Positions 23,021 through 35,596 of a stretch of DNA of 64,000 bases are shown in pieces. The DNA lies in NCBI GenBank assembly GCA_038087875.1, contig JAXLNO010002062.1, forward strand, positions 1-64,000, written 5' to 3'. The DNA comes from Malacoraja senta. Lineage: Eukaryota. Within the stretch, counting starts at the first letter, position 1; the number at the start of each line of letters is the position of its first letter. Both the position numbers and the translations under genes were made by a program. The notes below the pieces were generated by a model. The model saw nothing but the letters and a program-made list of their open reading frames with translations, was not told the DNA's origin and did not search any database.

Positions 23021-26000
23021 ATGGATAAAGTTCCTTTCATGGAATGTGAATGGCTTGAACCATCCCATTAAGAGGATTTTTTTTAAAAGTTCTTCACAGA
23101 CTAAATGCTCAGATTATCTTTGTTCAGGAAACTCATGTAAGGCAAGATGACAAGTCACGATTTTTCAAGTTTTGGAGAGGACAGCAGTTTCATTCAAATT
23201 CACAGGCTAAGGGGAAAGGAGTCTCTATTTTTATCGACCCCTCAATTCCGTTTGTTCACCATGAAACAATTTCTGATCCATATAGCAGATTCTTGGTGAT
23301 TACCGGTGTCCTTTATAGGCAAAAAGTCACTATGGTGAATGTCTATGCACCAAATATTGATCACCCTGAGTTTTTTAAACAGTTAATTGTATCCTTTCCT
23401 AACTTAAATGAACACTTTTTAATAATGGGTGGAGACTTCAATTGCTGTTTGAATCCCTCGATTGATACGTCTACATCTGATCATGTGCTTCCAAATAAAT
23501 CAGCTAATTTTATTAATTCTTTTTTACTTGACTCGGGAATGTTAGAAATTTGGAGATTCTTACACGCAAATGACAAAGAATTTTCATTTTTCTCTCATGT
23601 ATATCATAATTATTCTAGGATCGACTATTTTATACTAGATTCTCGGCTAATTCCATTCGTCATTGCATGTGAGTATGATACAATTGCTATTTCTGATCAT
23701 GCACCAGTGAAACTATTGATCAAACTACCTGATTCCAAGTTTAGTGCTAAACAATGGCGATTTAATGCTACTTTGCTCCAAGACTTAAACTTTATTAAGT
23801 TTATGAAAGATCAGATTGCTTTTTACTTCTTGACAAACTCTAATGAAGAGATATCGAATGATATAGTTTGGGATGCTTTTAAGGCATATATTCATGGACA
23901 AATTATTTCATACTCCGCGGGATTAATAAAACAAACACAAAAAGAAATACGCACATTGGCTGACGAGATTAAAGAAATTGATAAAAAATATTCAAAAGCT
24001 CCTAGTTTAGAGCTCTATAAGAATAGTTGAACTTCAATTGAGATATGATTTGTTATTAGTATCACCGATTGAGAACCAGTTACTTAAAACCAAAAGTAAA
24101 TTTTATATAAATGGCAAAAATCTGGTAAATTACTTACTAATCAATTGAAAGCAGTGTCGGCCAAGAGTCAGATTACTAAAGTGAGTAAACGGGATGGTAC
24201 AGTAACTGTAGACCATGACGAAATTAATAAATCCTTTCAGGAATTTTATACCTCCCTATACCAATCAGATTTTCCTACTGATTCCAATATAATGCATGAG
24301 TTTTTAAAGAAACTGAACTTACCAAATTTACCATACAATGAGTCTCTGTTGTTAGATGAACCCATCACGGAAGAAGAAATACAGAGAGCAATTTTTTCAA
24401 TGAATTCTGGTAAAACACCCGGTTTAGATGGGTTTACAGTAGAATTTTTAAAGTATTTCTCAAATTTATTGTCTCCATGGCTATGCAAGGTATTTAAAGA
24501 AGCTTTTTTAAAGGAATAGATTACCACAATCTTTTTATGAAGCTTCTATTTCTTTAATTTAAAAAAAAGATAAAGACCCTACTGAAGTGACATCATATAG
24601 ACCTATATCAATGTTAAATGTAGATTTTAAAATTCTTTCCAAAATATTAGCTATGAGATTGGAAAAGATTTTACCGCAAATTATCTCTGAAGATCAGACA
24701 GGTTTTATTAAAAATCGTTACTCATTCTTTAATGTTAGGAGATTAATAAATATTGTATATACAGCGTCTAATAAAACCCCAGAATGTGTCATCTCACTTG
24801 ATGCCGAGAAGGCTATTGATAGAGTAGAATGGAATATTTATTCAATATACTTGAAAAAGTTAAGATTGGTCCAAAATTTATCTCTTGGATCAAACTGATA
24901 TATCTTATACCTCAGGCTTCTGTATTTACTAATAATCAGAGATCCCCTTTTTTCAGGCTCTTTCGAGGTACTAGACAGGGCTGTCCCTTAAGTCCTTTAC
25001 TATTTCATATTGCTTTGGAAACTTTAGCCACTGCTATTAGGGAATCCCCTAATATTTTTGGTATTGTCCGTGGGAATAAGACACATAAGCTATCTCTTTA
25101 TGCAGATGATCTGTTATTATTTATTTCTAACCCTGAGAAATCTATTCCGGCAATAGTAGCATTACTTAATCAATTCAGTAGTTTTTCTGGTTATAAACTA
25201 AATCTTAGTAAGAGTGAGCTTTCCCATTATATAATTTTGTTTCGAGTTATGGACAGTTTCCATTTAGATTGACTACCGAAAGTTTTACTTATTTAGGTAT
25301 TAAGATCACCAAGAAACACAAGGATTTATTTAAAGCTAATTTTATTCCTTTAATTGACCATATTAAACATCAGTTCACTAAATGGTCACCAATGTCCTTA
25401 TCCTTAATTGGCCGAATCAATGCTATTAAAATGCTCATTTTACCTAAATTTCTGTATTTATTTCAGACGATACCAATTTGTATTGCCAAATCTTTCTTTG
25501 ATATTATAGACTCTAAAATTTCTTCATATATATGGCAGAATAAAAATGCCAGACTAGGTAAAAAATACCTACAGAAATCAAAAAAAGTTGGTGGTTTGGC
25601 AATGCCGAACCTTAGACTCTACTATTGGGCAGTCAATGTTCGTTATTTAACATTTTGGACAAAAGATTTAGAAGATACCCAATGCCCTGGATGGATAAAC
25701 CTAGAACGTGATTCCTTACAAGGGCTATAATTGGCTTCTATTCTAGGGACCTCGTTACCTTTTACAATTACGAGATTGAATAAATATATGACGAACCCAA
25801 TAATAAGACATACGTTCCGAATACGGTTTCAATTTCATAAGTTTTTTGGACTATCTGATTTTATCCAAATTTCTCTTCCAACCATCTAGTACTGATCAAG
25901 TTTTTTTGTTATGGAAGAGGAAGGGATTAGTAGCTTTTTGTGATTTGTTTTTGGAGGGTTGTTTTATGTCTTTCGAACAACTCTCCAATAACTTACCTAA

Positions 26001-26337
26001 TTCACACTTTTTTAGATATTTACAAATTAGACAAAAGGAACTACCCCTTTTTCCGCTACCACATCAACCCGAAATTTTTGATTTTTTTTTACAGTTGAAC
26101 CCTTATCAGAAAGGATTAATAACGACTATTCATGAGTTGATTTCAAAATTACAAATAGATACATTTGATAAAATTAATAATGACTGGGAAAGAGAACTCC
26201 AAATGTCTTTATCTATAGAGAAATGGGAGAGGATCCTTCAATTAGTTAATACCTCTTCAATGTGTGCAGACACGCTTTGATACAATTCAAGGTGGTTCAC
26301 AGAGCTCATATGTCAAAAGATAAGTTAGCTCGTTTTT
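23021..26337 (+). pseudogene. L1-Z ORF2, 5' part (continues 39077-39508), many lesions
   Basis: VQETH, GGDFN, SRIDY, SDH, YRPISMLN, RQGCPLSP, YADD and TYLG fragments in successive frames. Confidence 0.92.
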
Positions 26338-26684
26338 TTTTTTTTTGAAAATATTTTTTATTGGAGATAAGTAAACAACCTATTAACATCATTACCAGTC
26401 TTACATTTTTGAATTGATAATATTGTCAATTATTATTACATTGTCTCCAATACCTTTTGCATTTTTTTGTTTTTTTAAAACTAGATAGAACTAAAAAGAT
26501 AGATGAAGTAAAGAAAGAAAAGGGAGAGAAGAAAAGAGAAAGAAGGAAAAAAAAAACAAAAAAAAACAGAAAAGAAAAAGATAGTTAAAGAAGAATGGAA
26601 AAATTTATTAAAATAAAAAACTTCATTCGAGATATATTCGTACATTTCAGAGTATAGCATTTCATCCATTCTTTAGCCCGAGTG

Positions 26685-29287
26685 CTAGTCAGGTTCCTGT
26701 GCTGAACCATTCTGACCCTTTAAATAATCAATAAAGGGAGACAATGTTCCAACGAATAATTCCTGTTTGTCCAACAGGGAAAATCTGATTATTTCCACGT
26801 TTAAGGTCTCCGTCATTTCTATAATCCACATTTTGATTGTGGGGGTTATAGGGCCTTTCCAAAATTTTAGAATTAATTTTTTTCCCGTTATTATACTATA
26901 ATCAATAAAGTTTCTTTGTGTTGTTTTAAATGTTTGATTTAATTCTAATGTTCCGAGTATTATTAATTTTGGATCCGGGTCCAATTGTGTGCTGGTCACT
27001 TTAGATATTATACTGAAAATATTTACCCAGAATTTTTTTATTTTTATACAGTTTGCAAACATATGAGATAAGTTAGCTTCTAAATGTTGACATTTATCAC
27101 ATATAGGTGAGATATGTTGAAAGATTTTATGTAATTTTGTTTTTGAATAATGTAACCTATGTATTACTTTAAATTGTATTAATGAATGTCTGGCATTTAA
27201 TGAACATTGATGTATGTGTTGTAAACTTTCTTCCCAAGTATCTTTCGTTATTATTTGATTTAATTCTTTTTCCCATGTTTGTCTGTGTAAGTCCGTCGAT
27301 GGAATGTCACTGTCTAATAAAATATTATATATATAAGATATTAATTTTTCTGTATTAGGATGTTTATTCCAACATTCGTCAAGAATTTCTGAATTTCTAA
27401 TTCGAAAATTTTGAGTATTCGATTTTACATAATCTCTGAGTTGAAGATATCTGAAAAAATCATTTCCTTGAAGTCCATAAGTCTGTTGCAACTCCTGAAA
27501 TGTCAGAAAGGTGCCTTCCTTGTAAAGTTGTCCCATATTTTTAATTCCATAATTCTTCCATTGTGTAAAACCCCTGTCCAACCATGAGGGCTTAAACAAA
27601 GGGTTATTCACAATTGGAAGAAAAAGTGATAAATTATCTAATTTTAATGTCTTTTTTAATTGTTTCCAAATTCGTATAGCACTAAATATTATAGGGTTTT
27701 CCTACAATTTTTTTTGTTTAATTTAGACGTAGCAAATAATATCGAGCCGATATCAAAAGGTAAACAATCTTCCTTTTCCATTTTTAACCAATCTAGTTGT
27801 TGATCTATTTCTTCCAACCAGAAATTCATATTTTTAATATTAACTGCCCAAAAATAAAACAGAAAGTTGGGTAAAACCAAGCCTCCATTTATTTTTGATT
27901 TACACAAATGTCTTTTATTTATCCTATGATTCTTATAATCCCAGATAAAATCATTAACAATGGAATCCAATTTTTTAAAAAAGTTTTTTGACAAATATAT
28001 CGGAATTGTCTGAAAAAGGTATAATATTTGCGGTAAAAAAATCATTTTTATGGCATTAATTTTGCCAACCATTGAGATAGGAAGTGTTTTCCAATATTGA
28101 ATATTCTTATGTAGTTTGTTCAGTAATGGGGGGAAATTTGCTTTAAATAATGATGTATATATCTTAGTTACGTAAATGCCTAGGTATTTAAATTTTTCGT
28201 TTACTATTTTAAATGGAAATTGTTGTATTATCTGTTTGTTGTGTTCCCTTATTGGCATAATTTCACTTTTATTCCAATTTATTCTGTATCCTGAGAGTGA
28301 ACCAAATTGGGTTATTAGCTTTAATAAGTTTGGAATACTAATTTCTGGTTTTGTAATGTAAATTAGTACATCATCTGCGTATAGAGAAATTTTATTCACT
28401 GTGTCCTTTGTGTTATACCCATGTATTTCCGGATGACCCCTAACTCTTTCTGCGAGTGGCTCAATAGCAAGCGCAAATAATAATGGAGATAACGGGCATC
28501 CTTGTCTACAACCTCTAGATAGGCTGAATTTAGATGACAACCTTTGGTTTGTTAATATTCTAGCCGTAGGGTTTGTATATAACAGTTTTATCCATGTGCA
28601 GAATTTCTCCCCTAGCTGCATATTTTCCATCACCGAAAATAAATAAGACCATTCAACCTGATCAAATGCTTTTTCAGCGTCAAGTGAGATTATTGCTAGA
28701 TCTTCATTAATAATTCTCTTAGAATAAATAATATTAAATAATCTTCTTAGATTATAATATGAGTACCGTTTCTGAGTAAAGCCTGTTTGGTCAGGGTGTA
28801 TTAATTTATTCATCACTGTACTTAATCTATGCGCTAGTATTTTAGTTAATATTTTCTGATCTGTATTTAAAAGTGCAATTGCTCTATATGATCCCGGATC
28901 GTCCGGATCTTTATCAACTTTAGGAATAAGTGTTATTATAGATTCATTTAAAGTATCTGGAAGTTTCTGTTGAGTATAGATATGCTCATACAGCCTTTGT
29001 AAACGTGGGGAGAGCAAGTCATAATTTTTTTTATAGAATTCAGAGCCTAAACCATCTGGTCCTACTGCTTTACCATTTTTTAAAGAGCCAATAGACTCCT
29101 CAATATCCTTTATCGTAATCTCCCTTTCTAATAATTCTCTATCGTTTGAATCTAAACCTTTTAAATTACATTTTAGTAAAAAATCTGCTATTCCTTCTGG
29201 TTGTACTACAGTTTTAGTTGAATAAAGATTATGATAGTATTGGAGAAATCTTTCGTTTATATCCTTGGGCATTTTTAATAATTCTCC
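26685..29287 (-). pseudogene. L1-X ORF2, 3' part (RT and CCHC domain), frameshift near 27690
   Basis: ORFs 27689-29272 and 26685-27611: YRAIALLN, RQGCPLSP, YADD, CDKC...HMFANC. Confidence 0.92.
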
Positions 29288-29718
29288 TGTCTCTGTTCTA
29301 ATTTTTTTTTTTTTTTAATTTTTATTTATTAGAAGTACATTACATCACAGCCACATACATTAATACTCGTCATTTATATCTTCTTACAATTAATGTACTC
29401 CCTTTATTTTTTTTTTACGCTAAAGAAAGAAAAGATTGAAAGAGAGAAGAAAGTGAAGGAAAAAGTGCAAGTGTAGAAAAGTGTAGAAAATGTAACAACA
29501 AAAAAAAAAAAGGACGAGGACCCTATGAAAGCGAAATTAAAAACAAAAAAAAAAAGAGTTAAGAAATAGGCCCTAAGAAAAGAAAAGAGAGAGAGAAAAA
29601 AAGAAAAACAAATGTTTTTTTTTTTTGAGCATCACGTAAATAGGACATACCAACTCTTCAACTATCATCCCCCCTTACCCGACCTCAATTTTTTATTTTT
29701 TTAAAGTACTTTTGCACC

Positions 29719-32700
29719 CTATGTTTGTAATAATTCTATAAATGCAGACCACGTCAGGTGGAAGTGATCTGGTTTACCTGCTAGGAGGAGTCTTATCTCT
29801 TCAAGGTGTAGTGTTTCAAACATATTTGAAATCCACATATTTATAGTTGGTATTGGAGCCTTCTTCCAAAATTTTAGAATTAGCTTTTTTCCAGTTATTA
29901 ACCCATAATCCATTAATTTCTTTTGAAACACATTTAGTTCTGGATCATCTTCCGTTATTCCGAAGATAATCCATTCTGCTTTGGGTATCAGTCTTGTTTT
30001 AAATAACTTTGTAAAAATTTCAAAAATTTCATTCCAAAATTTTTGAATTTTTGTACAGAAGACAAATGAGTGCGCTATAGTTGCTTCTTGGGATTGACAT
30101 TTATCACAAATAGATGATACGTTTGGGAAAATTTTATGAATTTTAGTTTTCGAATAATATAATCTATGTAAAATTTTAAATTGTATTAAAGTGTGTCTTA
30201 CATTAATCGAGCATTTATGTACTTTTAATAAGTATTCATTCCAACTTTCCTTTGAAATTTTAATAGCTAACTCTTGTTCCCAGTCTCTTCTGATACCCTC
30301 CGTAGATGGTATTTGTACATTTAAGATAATATTGTACAAATATGATATTAAGTTTGCTGATTCCGCTTTTGTCTGCATTGCCTCGTCCAGTACATCTGCT
30401 GGGTTATTATGATGATCTTTTATATATTTTTTCAAATAGTCGCATATTTGAAAGTATTTAAAATATTGATTATTTCCGAGTTTATATTTTATTTGTAATT
30501 GTTGAAATGAAAGTAATTTTCCAGTTTCATACAAGTCACCAAGCGTTTTAATTCCTAGTCTATCCCATTGTGTATAAGCTTTATCTATAATAGAAGGACT
30601 AAACGAAGGGTTATTGACTATAGGTAATAAAAGTGATAAGTTTCTTAATTTTAAATTTTGTTTTATTTGTTTCCAAATACGGATTGTACTATGAATAATT
30701 GGGTTCTTATTATAGTTTATGTTATTCAATTTCATTGGAGAGAGGAGGATCGCTCCAATGTTTCTAGAGGAGCAATCCTCTTTCTCCATTACAATCCAGT
30801 CTACTTGCTGGGCGGAGTTATCCATCAGTTGAATCATGTTTTTAATATTTACTGACCAATAATAATACATAAAATTGGGTAGTGCTAGACCTCCCAATAC
30901 TTTAGATTTATTCAGATGGGTTTTTTGTATTCTATGTGATTTATAGTCCCATATAAAATTAGTGATATCTGAGTCGAGTTTTTTAAAAAACTTCTTAGGT
31001 AAGTATATAGGAATTGATTGAAATAGGTATAAAATTTGTGGTAAAAAGATCATTTTTATTGCGTTTATTCGGCCTATTAAAGACATCGGAAGCGTTTTCC
31101 AGAATTTAATTAATGTATTCAGTTTATTAAGTAGGGGGTCAAAATTTGCCCTGAGCATACCTTGATATGCTCTGGTAATTTCGATTCCCAAATATTTAAA
31201 TTTTTCTGTAGCTATTTTAAAAGGGAATTTTAAAAGATGTGTTGAATCTTTCGGTTTTATTGACATAATTTCACTTTTATTCCAATTTATTCTATATCCA
31301 GAAAAAGATCCGAAGTCTTCAATTAAATTTAATATATTTGGTATAGTGATTTGAGGTTTTGTAATATACAATAATATATCATCCGCGTATAAAGATATTT
31401 TATTATATGAGTCTTTAGTATTATATCCATGAATATCAGGGTGTATTCTAATTTTTTCTGCTAGCGGTTCAATAATGAGAGCAAACAGCTGTGGTGATAA
31501 TGAGCATCCTTGTCTATTTCCCCTTGATAGTTGAAATTTCGAGGATAATATGTTATTAGTAAGTATTCTAGCTGTAGGTTTGTTATATAGTAACTTAATC
31601 CATAAAATAAAATTCTCTCCCAGTTGAAATTTTTGTAATACTTTATCCATATAATTCCATTCTACTTGATCAAATGCTTTTTCAGCATCCAGCGAAATAA
31701 TTGATAATTCTTGATCTTCAGATTTGTGTGAGTGCATTATGTTGAGTAGACGTCTCATATTATTAGAAGAGTATCTCTTAGGGATAAACCCTGTCTGATC
31801 TGGGTTTATTAATTTACTAATGTATTTACTTAATCTTCTGGCTAATGTTTTCGCTAATATTTTTTGATCTGTGTTTAACAATGCTATAGCTCTATATGAG
31901 CCAGGATCTTCTAAATCCTTATTTTTCTTAGGTATTAATGTAATCGTTGATTCCGCTAATGTATCAGGTAGTATTCGTTTTTTAAAAGCGTATTGGTACA
32001 TTTTTTGTAATCTTGGTATTATTTTTTCATAAAAGTTTTTATAAAATTCATTAGTAAATCCATCAGGGCCTGGTGTTTTTCCATTTTTTAGTGAGTTTAT
32101 TGTATCTTCTAATTCCTTAATTGAGATTTGTGCACCCAGTTCCTCTTGTTCCTTCAGCTCTAACTTTGGAAGATTACAGGTATCCAAGAACTTTGTGATA
32201 TTATTGGAATCAATTATCGTTTTAGATGTATACAAATTCTCGTAAAATTGCGCAAATCTTTTATTAATATCCTTCGGTGTTGTTAATAATTCCCCTTTAT
32301 CTGATTTGATCTTTGGTATAGTATGTTCCTTTTCTCGTTTTTTTAGCTGGCGAGCCAAAAGTTTATGCGGTTTATCCCCAAATTCAAAGTGCTCTTGTTT
32401 TGTAATTTGAAAAAGTCTTATAAGTTTGGCAGATAATAATTTATTTAATTTAAATTTTAAAATTATTATTTTATTATGTTTATCTATTGTTGGATCTTTA
32501 GCATTATCTATATCCATTTGTCTAATAAGTTCTTCTAACTGTCTTTGTTCATTCTTATTCTTTTTATTTTGAAAAGCTTGATATGAAATTATAATACCCC
32601 TAATGTATGCTTTAAAAGATTCCCAAAGTAAAGTAGGCGATATATCTGAAGTATCATTTGTTTGAAAAAAGACCTCCATTTGTTCTTTTAAATATATACT

Positions 32701-33510
32701 CGCTTGTGGATCTTTTAAAATTTGAGAGTTAAATCTCCAGAATGAATTATTCTTAGACAATCCTTCCAGTTTTAAAAAGAAAGTTAGTGGAGAATGGTCT
32801 GAAATTGAATTTGTATGATATATTGCATTAGATGTTTGGGGGATTAATTTTGTATCCAGCAGAAAGTAGTCTATACGTGAGTATGTCTTATGTACCATTG
32901 AGTAAAACGAATATTCCCTGCCAGTTGGGTTCACAATTCTCCAAACATCTGCTATATTAGTGTTGTTTATGTAGGTATTGAGGAGTTCCCCAGTTTTCGA
33001 TTTCATATTCCCTCTCTGTTTTTGACTTGATTTATCTAAGTACGGGTCTAAAACACAATTAAAGTCTCCGCCTATTATAACATTTTGATAGTTTGACTCT
33101 GCAATTATATTGAAGATTTTATTGAAAAAGTGGGGGTTATCAAAGTTAGGGGCATATATATTTACCAAAGTAAGTGGAGTGTCATGGATTTCTCCATTAA
33201 CTATTAGGTATCTCCCTTCTATATCTGTTATAATATTCTTTGCTTTAAATGGTATACCTTTTCTTATGATAATTGACGTGCCTCTAGATTTTGAAGTGAA
33301 TGAAGAGTGGTATGTTTGACCTATCCATTTCGCCCTCAGCCTAACTTGGTCCTGAGGTTTTAGGTGTGTTTCTTGTAGGAAGGTAATGTCAGAATTATAC
33401 ATTTTTAGCTGAGCTAATATCTTACCCCTTTTGATAGGTTCATTAATGCCTCTTATATTCCAACTACAAAATGAGACTCCTCCTAGGTTCTTTTGTGTGG
33501 TGTCATGCAT
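29719..33510 (-). CDS. L1-Y ORF2 (APE endonuclease, RT, CCHC), 1263 aa
   Basis: SWNIRG, LQETH, GGDFN, SRIDY, SDH; RQGCSLSP, YADD, FKYLG; CDKC-x8-H-x4-C; no stops. Confidence 0.97.
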   Translation of the reverse strand: MHDTTQKNLGGVSFCSWNIRGINEPIKRGKILAQLKMYNSDITFLQETHLKPQDQVRLRAKWIGQTYHSSFTSKSRGTSIIIRKGIPFKAKNIITDIEGRYLIVNGEIHDTPLTLVNIYAPNFDNPHFFNKIFNIIAESNYQNVIIGGDFNCVLDPYLDKSSQKQRGNMKSKTGELLNTYINNTNIADVWRIVNPTGREYSFYSMVHKTYSRIDYFLLDTKLIPQTSNAIYHTNSISDHSPLTFFLKLEGLSKNNSFWRFNSQILKDPQASIYLKEQMEVFFQTNDTSDISPTLLWESFKAYIRGIIISYQAFQNKKNKNEQRQLEELIRQMDIDNAKDPTIDKHNKIIILKFKLNKLLSAKLIRLFQITKQEHFEFGDKPHKLLARQLKKREKEHTIPKIKSDKGELLTTPKDINKRFAQFYENLYTSKTIIDSNNITKFLDTCNLPKLELKEQEELGAQISIKELEDTINSLKNGKTPGPDGFTNEFYKNFYEKIIPRLQKMYQYAFKKRILPDTLAESTITLIPKKNKDLEDPGSYRAIALLNTDQKILAKTLARRLSKYISKLINPDQTGFIPKRYSSNNMRRLLNIMHSHKSEDQELSIISLDAEKAFDQVEWNYMDKVLQKFQLGENFILWIKLLYNKPTARILTNNILSSKFQLSRGNRQGCSLSPQLFALIIEPLAEKIRIHPDIHGYNTKDSYNKISLYADDILLYITKPQITIPNILNLIEDFGSFSGYRINWNKSEIMSIKPKDSTHLLKFPFKIATEKFKYLGIEITRAYQGMLRANFDPLLNKLNTLIKFWKTLPMSLIGRINAIKMIFLPQILYLFQSIPIYLPKKFFKKLDSDITNFIWDYKSHRIQKTHLNKSKVLGGLALPNFMYYYWSVNIKNMIQLMDNSAQQVDWIVMEKEDCSSRNIGAILLSPMKLNNINYNKNPIIHSTIRIWKQIKQNLKLRNLSLLLPIVNNPSFSPSIIDKAYTQWDRLGIKTLGDLYETGKLLSFQQLQIKYKLGNNQYFKYFQICDYLKKYIKDHHNNPADVLDEAMQTKAESANLISYLYNIILNVQIPSTEGIRRDWEQELAIKISKESWNEYLLKVHKCSINVRHTLIQFKILHRLYYSKTKIHKIFPNVSSICDKCQSQEATIAHSFVFCTKIQKFWNEIFEIFTKLFKTRLIPKAEWIIFGITEDDPELNVFQKKLMDYGLITGKKLILKFWKKAPIPTINMWISNMFETLHLEEIRLLLAGKPDHFHLTWSAFIELLQT

Positions 33511-34316
33511 TTTGAATAATTATAGTACCTTTGAATCTTGTGGTGCGTCCATATCCCAGGTCTTTAGGTATTGGGGGAGTTTTTGAATTGTTAACTTTTG
33601 TTGGTATGTCCATATTATTCTTATCACTAAACACAAAACACAAACAAGTGATTTTATGTAATAAAAAAAAAACTAAAAGAGTGAGGCTACAGTGTCTATA
33701 GTCGGCACTGTAGCAAGTGACCCACCTGTAGGTGGGGAAAAACCTTATTTTGACTTCCATTGCGTTGTTGCTCAACTCGCTCCGCTCTCTTAGTTAATCA
33801 TAACATATTAAAATATTAAAACGAGGCCTCACATTCATATATATAATACAATTTTACCCTGATATTTCCTTATAACATATATATATATCAGAGTTTAATT
33901 ATTAAACCAATATTTTTGATTTCAATAAGAATCAGCTGTTGGTTGAAGGGGTTAACGAGACGTGCTCCTGGACATAAGCCAGGAGCTCGTTTCTCATCCC
34001 CTCCTCCTGCTTATAGACAAGGTTACAATTTATTAAAAATTCATATTAGTATGTTAGTTCATTATTTTTTTTGTTTTTTTTGTTAGTATTCTAATCTAAC
34101 CTGCATAACTTTTAAAGTTGTTAATAGGATAAGTTCTTACAATTGGTTATAACATTTTAATCAATAAGCAATTATTTTCTAATTCATATCCCGTTATAAA
34201 GTTGTTTACACGTTTTGAACAGAAAATGTCCTTGCTTCAACATTCCGGAGATAACAGTGTAACTATCCCCAGACAAAACATAGCTGAGAATTATTCGGAT
34301 CTGCCAAAGCTCCCTT

Positions 34317-35387
34317 TTATTTCTGTCTTTCAACAATCGTTTGGGCATATTTGAAAGCGTCTTCAGGCTTAACAAATGACTTTTCAAGACCATTAAAAGA
34401 AATACGCATTTTAGCGGGATAAAAAACCCCGAATCTGACCCCTTCTCTCCCTCTTAAAAGATCTTTAACCTTATCAAATTTGTTTCTTTTTTGCACAATT
34501 TCATGTGGGTAGTCCCTGAATATCTTAATAGTGTCTTTGTCCAGCCGTAATTGTACACCATATTTGATATGGGTCATAACATATTCCAGTTCTGCAGTAT
34601 CTCGAAATTTCACTATAATATGTCGTGGATAAGCTTTTCCCGCATCAAATCTTTTTCCAAATCTTGGGACACGATGAGCCACTTCGATTTTCGGTTCCTT
34701 GGGAAGATTCAACAGTTGTTTCAACAAGCCCATGGCAAATTCACGTACCTGTTCCCCTTCTGCCCCCTCTGAAACACCAAGAATCCTCAGATTCTGGCGT
34801 CTAGAACGAGCTTCCAGGTCCAGGCATTTGAATGAGACTTTCTCTAATTGAGTCCCCATTTGTAGTGATGCTTGTTCGTTTTCTCGCCTCATTTGCTCAT
34901 GTTCTTGCCTCAGTTTCGCCATGTCTTCAACAAGTCGTGCCGTATTTTTCTCCAATTCCGTGATTGTCTGCATACTTGCAGCTACTGTTTCAAGTACAGC
35001 CGTGAACTTATCCGTAGTAATTACATCCATCTTATCCATTTTCTCTGATAGTCCATCTTTCACCTCATCAATTCGTTTATTCATAGTGTCCAGTAAATCC
35101 GTCATATTCTTCTGGTTACCAGCATTTAAATCCTTCATCATCTTCTGCATTCCTTCCATCATTTTTGCCGAATTTTCCTTCATTTCCTTCTTATCTTCCA
35201 CCCTATTATCCGAGATCTCATCTTTCAAATTTTTTATTGATTTTTTCAAGTCATCAAAGTCTTTCTTAGATCTTGTATCCATTTCTGCAGCCACTTCAGA
35301 GACTTCAGAGGTAACTTCAGTTTCGAACTGTTTCGACAGTTTATTCACAGCTCTCTGAGGGCTCACAGCTGGAGTCAATTTACTCAT
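34317..35387 (-). CDS. L1-Y ORF1 (coiled coil, RRM, CTD), 356 aa
   Basis: RSRRQNLRILG, AHRV, PRHIIVKF, IFRDYP and FYPAKMRI motifs. Confidence 0.95.
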   Translation of the reverse strand: MSKLTPAVSPQRAVNKLSKQFETEVTSEVSEVAAEMDTRSKKDFDDLKKSIKNLKDEISDNRVEDKKEMKENSAKMMEGMQKMMKDLNAGNQKNMTDLLDTMNKRIDEVKDGLSEKMDKMDVITTDKFTAVLETVAASMQTITELEKNTARLVEDMAKLRQEHEQMRRENEQASLQMGTQLEKVSFKCLDLEARSRRQNLRILGVSEGAEGEQVREFAMGLLKQLLNLPKEPKIEVAHRVPRFGKRFDAGKAYPRHIIVKFRDTAELEYVMTHIKYGVQLRLDKDTIKIFRDYPHEIVQKRNKFDKVKDLLRGREGVRFGVFYPAKMRISFNGLEKSFVKPEDAFKYAQTIVERQK

Positions 35388-35596
35388 TTAAAGGGCTTCA
35401 AACCACCGTTTAAAACATCGCGTTTAACGATGACGTCATCAGCGCGGTAACCAGAAGCTCCGGTAAGGTTTTTAAAAACAATCCCGATTTTCGGACCCGT
35501 TTTACACGATAAATCGTGAAGTTTTTCGGGAGAGGAGCTGGGTGCACGTCTGTTAGTCTAACATGACGCCACCGGAAGTGTCTCTGTTCTAATTTT

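Larger units (their letters stand above)
29306..35578 (-). mobile_element. Inner L1 (L1-Y), full length with both ORFs intact
   Basis: 18-bp TSD TGTCTCTGTTCTAATTTT at 29288-29305 and 35579-35596; AATAAA and poly(A); 5' end CTTCCGGTGGCG. Confidence 0.96.

Noticed and set aside
34921-35358. 145-aa plus-strand ORF as a new L1 antisense gene
   Set aside because: It is the Ser/Phe/Ile-rich mirror of the Lys/Glu-rich ORF1 coiled coil, and no equivalent is conserved in L1-X.
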